A DNA stretch of 64,000 nucleotides, from the IMG/VR virus record IMGVR_UViG_3300015203_000008. The stretch is one strand, 5' to 3'. Positions 1 to 8,212 of this stretch are shown here, in pieces. Both the position numbers and the translations under genes were made by a program. The notes beneath the pieces were generated by a model. The model was given only the letters and a program-made list of their open reading frames with translations, had not been told where the DNA came from and searched no databases. The DNA comes from a virus. Every line of letters begins with the position of its first letter. Position 1 is the first letter of the stretch.

Positions 1-77
1 TTCGCTGCTGGCATCGGCTTGCAACCGTAAGGACACGGTGTCATCACCTTCGGTCGTCCTTGCTTCCGTTTCTTCAT
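1..77 (-). CDS. Small C2HC zinc-finger-like protein (runs off the window edge), probable paralog of 50026-50394
   Basis: Hand translation MKKRKQGRPKVMTPCPYGCKPMPAA... resembles MKKRIRSKMPCGWGCGAM at 50394. Confidence 0.5.
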   Translation of the reverse strand, partial: MKKRKQGRPKVMTPCPYGCKPMPAA

Positions 78-84
78 ATACGCC

Positions 85-113
85 AGTTTGATGCCATCAT
101 TGTTTAATGTCAA
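85..113 (-). promoter_or_regulatory. sigma70-type promoter, probably leaderless
   Basis: TTGACA(113-108)-17 bp-CAAACT(90-85); ATG at 77. Confidence 0.55.
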
Positions 114-412
114 GAACTATTTTTAATTATTTCTAAAACCAGTTCCAGATGCCAGCACGACACCCCACGGCTCCGGTGGTGGTACTCTCGACAATAGCAG
201 CCCATCGGCTCGGAGTCGTCGCGGTCCTCGTCCACCTCGAGATCCACGGCAAACCATACGTCTCGTTCTGTTCGGCTCTTCACCAGAAAGTGGCGACGCC
301 CAATGATTCGAACATGCGCCCCGTCGATGCGTAGCTCTATGATTCCTGTGGATGGGGGTTGCGGGTCGGGATCTTGACGAAGTAGAGCACCAGGAGCACG
401 ACGGAACTGCAT
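110..412 (-). CDS. SWIM-type zinc-finger protein
   Basis: C-x-C...C-x-H motif (GCYCREYHHRSRGVSCWHL); TAATG coupling to the upstream gene. Confidence 0.6.
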   Translation of the reverse strand: MQFRRAPGALLRQDPDPQPPSTGIIELRIDGAHVRIIGRRHFLVKSRTERDVWFAVDLEVDEDRDDSEPMGCYCREYHHRSRGVSCWHLELVLEIIKNSS

Positions 413-795
413 TATGACGCAAGCTCAGCCAATGTGAATGGTTTGCGCTTATCGAATTTCTCCGCCACCCACTCCGGAGCATCTTCGCAGTGCGCGTGCT
501 TGTGTCGCGAGATCAGGTAGTTCAACAACGTCAGGAGATCCGCGGGCGCAAGCCAGATGCGGTTCCAGCACCAATTGCCGTACCACTCGCGGTATCCGTG
601 AATTGGGTAGATGCGGTCTCCCAACTTCAGGCGGCTCGACCGGTCGGGCTGAACCTCCCATACCATCTCGAAGTCGACGACCTTGAAGGTGTTATCAAAC
701 TCATCGCTCAGCGACACCTCGATTGCGGCAATCTTGTCGAGTGGTGTTCCGTTGTCTGGATCGTTGCAGCAGAGGTCAACAGCAATCGCCGTCAT
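412..795 (-). CDS. Hypothetical phage protein
   Basis: 127 aa ORF overlapping neighbours on both sides. Confidence 0.7.
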   Translation of the reverse strand: MTAIAVDLCCNDPDNGTPLDKIAAIEVSLSDEFDNTFKVVDFEMVWEVQPDRSSRLKLGDRIYPIHGYREWYGNWCWNRIWLAPADLLTLLNYLISRHKHAHCEDAPEWVAEKFDKRKPFTLAELAS

Positions 796-1217
796 CGCTT
801 ACTCCAATTCAACTGCTTCTCAGGATGGGCATCTCCGCCACGGTGACACACTCGGCAAGCGGCTTCGCTATTTTCAATGCCCATCAACCCGCCCCGGCCC
901 CGATGATGGCGCTCGTTTAGATCGAAGCTTTTCCAGGTGATTGGCCGGCCGCAGACCGCGCCGTCTTGTTTCACGTGCTCACACTTGCCCTGTGAACGCT
1001 CAAATACCTGATGCCGAATCTCGCCGACGGCCGCCGCTCGGTCCATGTGGATGCCGTCCACTCGTACACACGCTTGGGGATGGCAGCTTCCCAGGATGGC
1101 GATAACTCGCGCATTCCTGACTACCACGTGAACCTGATTCTTGCGAGGACGTGGCTTCAGCCAGGTCCGCTTCAGAGGCTTCGGCTTGCGCTTCGTCATC
1201 TTGGGCTTGGGAATCAT
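792..1217 (-). CDS. HNH endonuclease-like protein
   Basis: VFERSQGKCEH...CGR...HHRGRGG...NSEAACRVCH: CxxC/HNH/CxxCH pattern. Confidence 0.75.
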   Translation of the reverse strand: MIPKPKMTKRKPKPLKRTWLKPRPRKNQVHVVVRNARVIAILGSCHPQACVRVDGIHMDRAAAVGEIRHQVFERSQGKCEHVKQDGAVCGRPITWKSFDLNERHHRGRGGLMGIENSEAACRVCHRGGDAHPEKQLNWSKR

Positions 1218-1369
1218 CGCTCGACCATCCCGGTTTCGTGGCGGAAATAGATCATACGTTGACCTACATACACGATAGCGACAGCATCAGGAGTCGAGTT
1301 CAGCCAGCAGCGCTTGCCGGATTGAACGCGGCAGATTATCGTGTGACCGCCGATCACTTGGCAGGGCAT
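1214..1369 (-). CDS. Small hypothetical protein
   Basis: MPCQVIGGHTIIC...; TAATG overlap upstream and ATGA overlap downstream. Confidence 0.5.
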   Translation of the reverse strand: MPCQVIGGHTIICRVQSGKRCWLNSTPDAVAIVYVGQRMIYFRHETGMVER

Positions 1370-1563
1370 TAGGCTTTCCCAACCACAAACGCAGCGTCCA
1401 ACGATGACGAGCAACGCGGGCACTTCTGACCCGGCGCCGGCGTCAACTTTGCCTTTCGGTAAACCAGATTGGGCGATACCTCAGCTTCAGCATCGACCGT
1501 GCGGGTGCAAAGGGTGCAATAGACTTTCGCCGGGATCTTCTCTGCAATCAGTTCTTGTGTCAT
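1369..1563 (-). CDS. Small zinc-ribbon protein
   Basis: CTLC...CPRC pairs; coupled ORF. Confidence 0.65.
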   Translation of the reverse strand: MTQELIAEKIPAKVYCTLCTRTVDAEAEVSPNLVYRKAKLTPAPGQKCPRCSSSLDAAFVVGKA

Positions 1564-1772
1564 TCCCCGCCCTCCCAGAGTTTGATTACCTCGCTCAGTT
1601 TGACACCAAGTCCCTTCGTTGCCAACTCATCAAAGGCTAGAACGCCAGGAACATGCTGGTCCCGCTCGTAGGTTCCTATTTGGGTTCTCTTCATCCGGCA
1701 CTTCTCAGCAAGTTGCGCTTGGGTCATACCACGCTGCTCACGGAACGTTCGTATCGTCTCGCCAATGGTCAT
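1560..1772 (-). CDS. XRE-family helix-turn-helix regulator
   Basis: MTIGETIRTFREQRGMTQAQLAEKC...IGTYERD..P is a canonical HTH_3 signature. Confidence 0.9.
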   Translation of the reverse strand: MTIGETIRTFREQRGMTQAQLAEKCRMKRTQIGTYERDQHVPGVLAFDELATKGLGVKLSEVIKLWEGGE

Positions 1773-2278
1773 TGAGCAGCTCCGTATTTCGATCCCCAAT
1801 GGGCTAGCAGCAAAGCGTCGGCGCGCCCGTGGTCTTTCTTTCGCGACAACGCATCAGCGGCGCATGGAAACAACTCCAGAGCCTTCTGCCGGCCAGCTTC
1901 TTTCCGCACCGACTGCTTCACCTTCGGCAAACTCAGACCGAGAGCTTTCTTCCATCGCTCGGGCGTAATCAGCCGGATCGAGATATGAAGAGTAGCAAAA
2001 ACCGTGAGCCACATCCCGTAACTATAGCCGAGACTGAATCCGCCGATCGAACCGATACCCGGCATCGGGTGAACCTCTTCGAGGACCCAAATAGCCTCTC
2101 CCTTGACCCATTCGCTTTTAATCTCGCGGACGATCCCCGCGGCTGTGTGTGGATCGCAACGCATCCGGCCGCTCGATGTCTCAAAAACAGGGGCGTCGAA
2201 GAACTTCACCCAGTTGCGGTCATCGTTGAAAATGGCGATGGCGCCCGTGATGCCCGGATCGATACCGATAAAATTCAC
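1769..2278 (-). CDS. Phage RuvC-like Holliday junction resolvase
   Basis: IGIDPGITGAIA, LEEVH, F.LG.SYG, ITP..WKK, DHGRADALLLA motifs; GTG start inferred. Confidence 0.88.
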   Translation of the reverse strand: MNFIGIDPGITGAIAIFNDDRNWVKFFDAPVFETSSGRMRCDPHTAAGIVREIKSEWVKGEAIWVLEEVHPMPGIGSIGGFSLGYSYGMWLTVFATLHISIRLITPERWKKALGLSLPKVKQSVRKEAGRQKALELFPCAADALSRKKDHGRADALLLAHWGSKYGAAQ

Positions 2279-2451
2279 TTCGCCACCGCCTCTCGCGCCG
2301 CGTTGCGCTCGTTCTCCATCCGCACTTCCTCGCGCAGTTTCTTCCCGTCTTCCGTTGTCGGGTCCCAACCTCTGCCGCCACCTTGCCGATTGTCAGGATC
2401 GAATGATCCGCCGTCGTCGTCTTGCCAGCGCATCGGTGATAGTTGGCTCAT
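2275..2451 (-). CDS. Small hypothetical protein (58 aa, absent from the ORF track)
   Basis: Hand translation MSQLSPMRWQDDDGG...EAVAK; 4-nt overlaps at both ends. Confidence 0.55.
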   Translation of the reverse strand: MSQLSPMRWQDDDGGSFDPDNRQGGGRGWDPTTEDGKKLREEVRMENERNAAREAVAK

Positions 2452-2903
2452 GCTGATTCTCCCGGCGGCAACGCCTTGAATCGCTGCTCTGTGATGACCT
2501 CGAAGAGAGTCTTACCGCTCGGCTCTTGCATGTACGGCAGAAACACTTCTTCGGCCTGTACCATGTGAGTCTGGATCATCGCCAGTTGCGCTTGGAGCCA
2601 GCGAAACAATTGGCGCCACGCCACGCGCTCGGCCTGCTCGCGATCCAGCTTGGCGTAAGCGCCGCGATTGTATGACCGTCCACCATTGATCGTCTTGAAA
2701 ACTGGATCAACGCGGACGGGCAGTTTGAACGATACCGGCAGGAGATTAACCACGAGGAAGAACGCTACACCAATCGGCTTGCAGGTGGCGTCGTAATCGG
2801 TCATGATCTGGCGCGCGCCGGATTGAACGAGCAAGCTGTGTACCTCGGCGCAGGTCTTCTCGACCGGAACCTCAGTTGTACCCATGAAGGTGGTTTTTTT
2901 CAT
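2448..2903 (-). CDS. Conserved phage protein of unknown function
   Basis: QAERVAWRQLFRWLQAQLAMI...EEVFLPYM motif recalled from phage hypotheticals. Confidence 0.75.
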   Translation of the reverse strand: MKKTTFMGTTEVPVEKTCAEVHSLLVQSGARQIMTDYDATCKPIGVAFFLVVNLLPVSFKLPVRVDPVFKTINGGRSYNRGAYAKLDREQAERVAWRQLFRWLQAQLAMIQTHMVQAEEVFLPYMQEPSGKTLFEVITEQRFKALPPGESA

Positions 2904-3064
2904 GCGGTTTCCTTGAGGTACTTCAGAATGGCCATCTCTGCGACGCCCGACGCTGGCTTTCGCAACTCCGCAGCTTTCTGCTTCAATCGAATGTGAGTGA
3001 TTGGATCAAGCGTGAACGAGAACCGCTCTCGCTTCGGCTTCTTTGTTTTGGGATTTATATACAT
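2900..3064 (-). CDS. Ribbon-helix-helix DNA-binding protein
   Basis: RERFSFTLDPITHIRLKQKAAELRKPASGVAEMAILKYL: beta-alpha-alpha pattern. Confidence 0.7.
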   Translation of the reverse strand: MYINPKTKKPKRERFSFTLDPITHIRLKQKAAELRKPASGVAEMAILKYLKETA

Positions 3065-3071
3065 GAGTACC

Positions 3072-3299
3072 CTACCAGCCGCCAAACTCCGGCAGTGCAT
3101 CAATCTCGGCCTTCGTCATCTCCCGATAGGTCAGAGTGATCACGTTGCCGTCATCTTCCCCGACCAGTTCATCTTCCAGAGAAAAACCACGGAGCGGCAT
3201 GAGGCAAAAAGTATCCTCGCCGTGAGTCGAGAAACGGCGCACTTCAACCATCGCAATTTTCGGTTCTGTTCCAACTTCTTTCATAATGCTTTCAGCCAT
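3072..3299 (-). CDS. Hypothetical protein, first gene of the left operon
   Basis: Strong GGAGG RBS; lies downstream of the promoter at 3356-3384. Confidence 0.7.
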   Translation of the reverse strand: MAESIMKEVGTEPKIAMVEVRRFSTHGEDTFCLMPLRGFSLEDELVGEDDGNVITLTYREMTKAEIDALPEFGGW

Positions 3300-3355
3300 T
3301 TGAGTCCTCCTGGGTACTCATGTATATAAATCCCTTTGTTTTTGGCATGGTGTGT

Positions 3356-3384
3356 ATTATGCACGCCTGATACACACGTGTCAA
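3356..3384 (-). promoter_or_regulatory. Leftward sigma70 promoter with an overlapping inverted repeat
   Basis: TTGACA(3384-3379)-17 bp-CATAAT(3361-3356); TGTGTA...TACACA inverted repeat across it. Confidence 0.8.
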
Positions 3385-3404
3385 GAAATCTTTTCAGGAA
3401 TTTG

Positions 3405-3433
3405 AAAAGGCTGGCTCGTGAGAACCAGCCTTT
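3405..3433. terminator. Intrinsic terminator-like hairpin, possibly bidirectional
   Basis: AAAAGGCTGG-ctcgtgagaa-CCAGCCTTT. Confidence 0.55.
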
Positions 3434-3547
3434 GGTGGGAGAACCGCTGTCGAAGAAGGCCCCGGCTCGGAAGGGGTCACTCAGGTCGGCGAAACGCAAA
3501 TGAACGCTTGCCCGAGGCCACGTATAGAATACCACTGAAGAAAGTTC

Positions 3548-3575
3548 TTGACATTCTTTTTTTTAAGAGTACTCT
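3548..3575 (+). promoter_or_regulatory. Rightward sigma70 promoter for the replication operon
   Basis: TTGACA(3548-3553)-16 bp T-rich spacer-TACTCT. Confidence 0.6.
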
Positions 3576-4007
3576 GAGTTTGGCGAAACGTAACACATGA
3601 ACGATTACCACCAACACGATTCTTTGATGGCAACGCTCACAGCCAAGGGTGGAGACAGCTTACCGTAGCTGTTGTAACTCCGCCTTGATGCGGAGCGACC
3701 CACATCTGAACTGGCAAGACGTTCGTTCGCTGCGTCACCTAGCGCGTGCTGTACTCGCGTGCTCTGAGACGTTGTCGCGATCCTGCTATGGGTGCGCGTC
3801 TGCTTCACCGGCGGAACTGGCCCACCCGCATATACAGGGGGCCCTTCCTTTCAGTGGAGCGAAACGAAGTGGAGCGGCGCTTCGCAGTTAGCCTGTAACA
3901 AAGTGAAAGGCTTCCGGAACGCTTCATTTCATTACGCTCTCTCGGAAAAGGCAACACAACTTCCCTGATAATTCGGGAGGGGTGTAACTACAGATAAGGG
4001 GGAGTTT

Positions 4008-4547
4008 ATGAAGCATTCAGCGAGCAGGTTGACTTTGAGGATAGATCTTGACCAGCTTGCCGCTCGCCTCCGATCCATTGAAGGTAAGACCATCGAAGAT
4101 GAGATCAAGCGATGGTACGCCGAGTTGTATCCGGCTCTGGATTTAGTTGACGCCAATCAAGCGCTGCAACTGATCTGTCATGAACTTTGGGCCGTTAGGT
4201 CGACCCTGGACAGCACACCGCACGCCTCAGTTCCCGCCAAGGTTGAGCATGTAAACCTTCCATCGCTGAATACGTCCAAGCAGTTCTTGCGAAACCTAAA
4301 TGGATTGCCTGACAATGCCAAGGCTCGCGCTATCGAAGGCAGGGACGATGCGATCCGCGAAGCGACGTACTCTGCTTTGAACAATTGCCGTCTAGTAGCC
4401 GCCCGTGAATGCAATCGCGCCAAGACTCCTGAAGCGAAAGAGTCATGGCAGCATATCCTGCGATTCTGCAAAGACGGCGGCGTAACTGGTAGCGTTCTAA
4501 GGGATGCGCCAGCCCTCGCCAAGGACATCGAAAAGGAGAAACCATGA
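4008..4547 (+). CDS. Hypothetical protein
   Basis: GGGGGAG RBS; 179 aa; coupled to the next gene. Confidence 0.75.
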   Translation: MKHSASRLTLRIDLDQLAARLRSIEGKTIEDEIKRWYAELYPALDLVDANQALQLICHELWAVRSTLDSTPHASVPAKVEHVNLPSLNTSKQFLRNLNGLPDNAKARAIEGRDDAIREATYSALNNCRLVAARECNRAKTPEAKESWQHILRFCKDGGVTGSVLRDAPALAKDIEKEKP

Positions 4548-5065
4548 CACCAGAGCAATTCGGATTGCTGAGCGAAGAGGAACTTGCCGAGTTGGAGAGG
4601 TCCGCATCGAAGGTTGAGCGCGTCTTGATCGCCAACATCCACACGCTCTGGAAGGAAAAGGTGCAGGACGTGGCACTGCTAGGAATTGCTGGACAGGCGC
4701 TAAAGCAAGCCGAGGCCCGAGAAAACGCCAAGCCCGACATCGGCATCTCGGCTGAGGAACTGGCGTCGATGAAGGCGCGGTGCGATGCGGCCACGCCGGG
4801 ACCGTGGAATGAGCCGGATTTGTGGATTCGATGCCGACCGGAAGACTATGGAGTCAAAGTCACGATCGGGGATGGAAACGAAGAGAGAAGCCTCTTTGAC
4901 ACTTTCAATCGGGATAGCCGAATCGTTATTCTTGATCAAGAAGTCGATGAAAGCGGGATATGTCTTAGTGATCACCAGGCACACAAGGACCTATTCTTTG
5001 CTGCCAACGCTCGCACCGACCTACCCCGCCTGATCGCGGCCCTTGAGAAGCTGGTGAAGCCATGA
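4544..5065 (+). CDS. Ead/Ea22-like phage protein
   Basis: EELASMKARCDAATPGPW...FAANARTDLPRLIAALE motif. Confidence 0.65.
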   Translation: MTPEQFGLLSEEELAELERSASKVERVLIANIHTLWKEKVQDVALLGIAGQALKQAEARENAKPDIGISAEELASMKARCDAATPGPWNEPDLWIRCRPEDYGVKVTIGDGNEERSLFDTFNRDSRIVILDQEVDESGICLSDHQAHKDLFFAANARTDLPRLIAALEKLVKP

Positions 5066-5256
5066 AAGCAATAATCGAGTTCGTTGACAACCGCCCACAC
5101 ATCTGGGACTGGGACGATCCGTCTCAGGTTCCGACTTTGCGATGCTTCAGGAATATGGCGGAAGCGAAGCAGTACGACAAGGACAACGGCTCCGTAAGCG
5201 ACTGGCGGCAAGTCGAGATCAGGGAAGTGAAGTCGAATGAGGCACAGGCTGATTGA
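5062..5256 (+). CDS. Small hypothetical protein
   Basis: ATGA-coupled 64 aa ORF. Confidence 0.65.
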   Translation: MKAIIEFVDNRPHIWDWDDPSQVPTLRCFRNMAEAKQYDKDNGSVSDWRQVEIREVKSNEAQAD

Positions 5257-6677
5257 AAAAGAAAGCCCCTGACGTGCTTGTCGAGCGCGGCCTACCTGCC
5301 AGCCCGGAAGCTGAGAAAGCCGTTCTAGGCGCGGTGTTGCTCGACAACTACGCCTACGAACTGATCAGCGACACGCTATCCGCCGATGATTTCTCGGTCG
5401 ATGCCAACCGGCGCATCTATCAGCGCATGATCGCATTGCGCAGGGGGGCGCCGCCGCGTCCGATCGATTACACGACGCTCACCGAAGAACTGCTCGCGAC
5501 CAAAGAACTCGATGTCATCGGCGGCGTCTCGTATCTCTCGACGTTAACTGATGGCCTGCCGCGAGCCGTAAACACTGAGCATCACGCGCGCATCGTCAAA
5601 GACAAGAGCACCCTTCGCCGACTGATCTACACCGCGAGAGACATTGCTAAAGAAGCCATCAGCGGGGGATACCATGACGGAGAAGAAAACTCCAGCGACG
5701 CTTTTCTGTCACTCCTAGACCGCGCGGAATCTTCGATCATGGCGGTACGCCCGGCGTGCAAATCTGGGCTGATAAGCGTGGCTGACATCATCCCGAATCT
5801 AAGAAGACCACAGCGGCCGCTCGGCGTCTCAACGGGGTTCCCGAGCATTGACGACAAGATGGCTTGCGGAGGATGGGCGACCGGGGAATTGAGTTTCATT
5901 CTTGCGCGGACGTCGCACGGGAAAACGTCGATGATGCTGAACCAGATGTACTTGCAAGCGTGCGCCGGCAAAGTGGTAGCCTGCTTCTCTCTGGAGACAG
6001 CCAAAGAGCGCCTGGTGAATCGGCTGTGCTGCCAGATATCAGGTGTAAGCCTGTTCAAGCAAATGCACGACATGCTGAACATGTGGGAAGTGGATCTGAT
6101 CGAAGATGCGCGCAAGGAGGTTGCCCGGCTTCCGATCTACATCAACGACATGGCCGGTTTGAACGCGATCGAGGTCAACGCGCAAGTTCGGCGCCTGAAA
6201 CGAGACGTGGGGGCAGTGGATATCGTGTGGGGGGACTTCCTGAGGCTGCTGAAACACAATCCTGGCAAGTTTGGAACCACCAACGACGCGGTTGCTGAGA
6301 CGGTAACGACCCTGAAACGCGGCGCGCAAGAGTTCGGATGCCCATACGTTTGGCTGAGCCAGATCGGGAGATTCCAGACTGACAAGAAAAGCGGGAAGCC
6401 AGAGCCGCCGCCGACGATCAGCGATGCTCGAGACTGCGGAGAAATTGAAAACCAGTCGTATACGATGGTGGGGTTGTATCGCGAAGATCAGGCAATGAAA
6501 ATGGTCAATCCGGATTGGGTCAAGAATGGGACGGCTCAGTTCGATCTATTGAAAGACAAGGATGGGCCTTGCGGGGTGATCCCGCTGCATTTCGTAGGGT
6601 CTTCAATGAACTTCGCAGAGATTGAGAGCGCAGCACCGGCACCGACCGCAGCAGAACAAAGGAGCTTACCGAAATGA
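5253..6677 (+). CDS. dnaB: Replicative DNA helicase (DnaB family)
   Basis: LPASPEAEKAVLGAVLLDN N-domain; GVSTGFPSID; Walker A ARTSHGKTS; LSQ motif. Confidence 0.93.
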   Translation: MKKKAPDVLVERGLPASPEAEKAVLGAVLLDNYAYELISDTLSADDFSVDANRRIYQRMIALRRGAPPRPIDYTTLTEELLATKELDVIGGVSYLSTLTDGLPRAVNTEHHARIVKDKSTLRRLIYTARDIAKEAISGGYHDGEENSSDAFLSLLDRAESSIMAVRPACKSGLISVADIIPNLRRPQRPLGVSTGFPSIDDKMACGGWATGELSFILARTSHGKTSMMLNQMYLQACAGKVVACFSLETAKERLVNRLCCQISGVSLFKQMHDMLNMWEVDLIEDARKEVARLPIYINDMAGLNAIEVNAQVRRLKRDVGAVDIVWGDFLRLLKHNPGKFGTTNDAVAETVTTLKRGAQEFGCPYVWLSQIGRFQTDKKSGKPEPPPTISDARDCGEIENQSYTMVGLYREDQAMKMVNPDWVKNGTAQFDLLKDKDGPCGVIPLHFVGSSMNFAEIESAAPAPTAAEQRSLPK

Positions 6678-6838
6678 ACGAACCGATAGGCCAACTGGCC
6701 AGACGAGAAGCATCTGCCGCTTGGGAGGCAGTGATTAGCAGCAAGTCCAACCGGGAGTGGTGGAAGGAAATACTGAAGGCGCACTGCGATGGGACCTGCG
6801 ATGAGTGCAAGCGCATGAAGGAATCGAGGGCAAAGTGA
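6674..6838 (+). CDS. Small hypothetical protein (54 aa)
   Basis: Hand translation MNEPIGQLARRE...HCDGTCDECK; overlapping start and stop codons. Confidence 0.55.
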   Translation: MNEPIGQLARREASAAWEAVISSKSNREWWKEILKAHCDGTCDECKRMKESRAK

Positions 6839-7002
6839 AGAAGTCAACGAAGCGAAAACCAATAATGGCGTGGGCTGTGATAGACGTGAACGGAGGCGTC
6901 TGGACTTTTGAGTTATCCCGCAGAGGCGCAAGCGAATGGGCGCGTTGCAGAGAAATGAAGGGCTATCGCATCGTCAAACTAGTGGAATCGAGGGAAAAGT
7001 GA
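6835..7002 (+). CDS. Small hypothetical protein
   Basis: GTGA-coupled ORF. Confidence 0.5.
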   Translation: MKKSTKRKPIMAWAVIDVNGGVWTFELSRRGASEWARCREMKGYRIVKLVESREK

Positions 7003-7643
7003 AGGGCATTCTATTCAAACCTGAGATGAACTTGGCGATCCGCGAGGACCGGAAGACGCAGACGCGGAGGCTAGTCAAGATCAGGGAATGGGACGGCGAT
7101 GATCCGCTCTGGTCTGATCGCAACGGAGATATCCACGAACTGATTGATGCCGCCCGCTACCGCGTCGGGGAAGTGGTGTATTTGAAGGAAGGCTGGTTCC
7201 CTGATCCGCCGATTGACGGCACGTGGGATAACTACTCTTTCGATGATGGTGCGCTGTTCAACTTCGATGTGTTACCGAAGCGATTCAAGACATCAAAGCA
7301 CGTGCTCTATCGCGTGGGGTGGGACGGAATCGACCTACGTTGGCGCTCCGCCATGTTCATGCCGGAATGGGCCGCTCGCACGTTCCTTGAAATCACCGCT
7401 GTTCGCGTCGAGCGCTTGCAGGACATCAGCGAGGAAGACGCGAAGGCGGAAGGCTGCGTTTCGATCTTCGAGCGTATCGAAAATATGAGCCAAGAGCAGA
7501 CATTTACCAGCGGCGGGCGCATGTATGATCGCCCCTTCGCCGCGTCCTACGCCTGCCTGTGGGACGAGATCAACGATGAAGTGGCGACGTGGAAGAGCAA
7601 CCCTTTCACCTTCGCCTACACGTTCAAGCGGGTGCAGCGATGA
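6999..7643 (+). CDS. ASCH/PUA-like phage protein
   Basis: ILFKPEM..AI...RKTQTRR and SAMFMPEWAAR..LEIT.VRVERLQDISEEDA.AEG motifs. Confidence 0.82.
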   Translation: MKGILFKPEMNLAIREDRKTQTRRLVKIREWDGDDPLWSDRNGDIHELIDAARYRVGEVVYLKEGWFPDPPIDGTWDNYSFDDGALFNFDVLPKRFKTSKHVLYRVGWDGIDLRWRSAMFMPEWAARTFLEITAVRVERLQDISEEDAKAEGCVSIFERIENMSQEQTFTSGGRMYDRPFAASYACLWDEINDEVATWKSNPFTFAYTFKRVQR

Positions 7644-7996
7644 GCGACACACTCGACCTCGCAGATCAGATGGTGTCCTACGCCTGGGAAGCGCACGTCC
7701 GATACTTCGGAGGCGATCCGCACCCGCGAGACTTCAACCCAATGTGGATTTACGATCTGATAGGCCGATACCGGGATCTAGACCTAGCGCAGTTCTCAGC
7801 CGCCATTGACGAGCAGATGGCATCAGGCAAGTTCCGCGGCCTGCGCTGGTTCTGTCAAGACTTCCGGCCACGTCCCAAGGTGCAGGTAGCGGCGAAGAAG
7901 GCGTATTGCGAGACGTGCGATGGCACCGGGCGAGTGGTGGTAAGGAAACGCGGAGAAGCGCCCGTAACCGGGCCATGTGGCGAGTGCAGTAAATAA
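7640..7996 (+). CDS. Hypothetical protein with a C-terminal DnaJ-like zinc finger
   Basis: CETCDGTG...PCGEC. Confidence 0.65.
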   Translation: MSDTLDLADQMVSYAWEAHVRYFGGDPHPRDFNPMWIYDLIGRYRDLDLAQFSAAIDEQMASGKFRGLRWFCQDFRPRPKVQVAAKKAYCETCDGTGRVVVRKRGEAPVTGPCGECSK

Positions 7997-7998
7997 GA

Positions 7999-8036
7999 TT
8001 GACAACATTGTTAAACAAGGTTAGAATCCGTTGTCA
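7999..8036 (+). promoter_or_regulatory. Near-consensus sigma70 promoter bracketed by an inverted repeat; leaderless
   Basis: TTGACA(7999-8004)-17 bp-TAGAAT(8022-8027); TGACAAC(8000-8006)/GTTGTCA(8030-8036); ATG at 8036. Confidence 0.8.
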
Positions 8037-8212
8037 TGAACAAACGTAAACCCGCAAGAGCCAAACCCGACAAGATCATCGGATGCCGTTTCGACTCAGA
8101 GCAATCCGCTAAGTTGAATCGCATCGCAGACGCACACGGCGTTTCCGTGTCTGTTGTATTACGCTGGGCCGTCAAGCAATTCAAAGACGTGACTCTTCCA
8201 GGTTCCAAATGA
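8036..8212 (+). CDS. CopG/RHH-like regulator (58 aa, absent from the ORF track)
   Basis: Hand translation MNKRKPARAKPDKIIGCRFDSEQSAKLNRIADAHGVSVSVVLRWAVKQF...; ATGA overlap with the helicase-MTase gene. Confidence 0.75.
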   Translation: MNKRKPARAKPDKIIGCRFDSEQSAKLNRIADAHGVSVSVVLRWAVKQFKDVTLPGSK

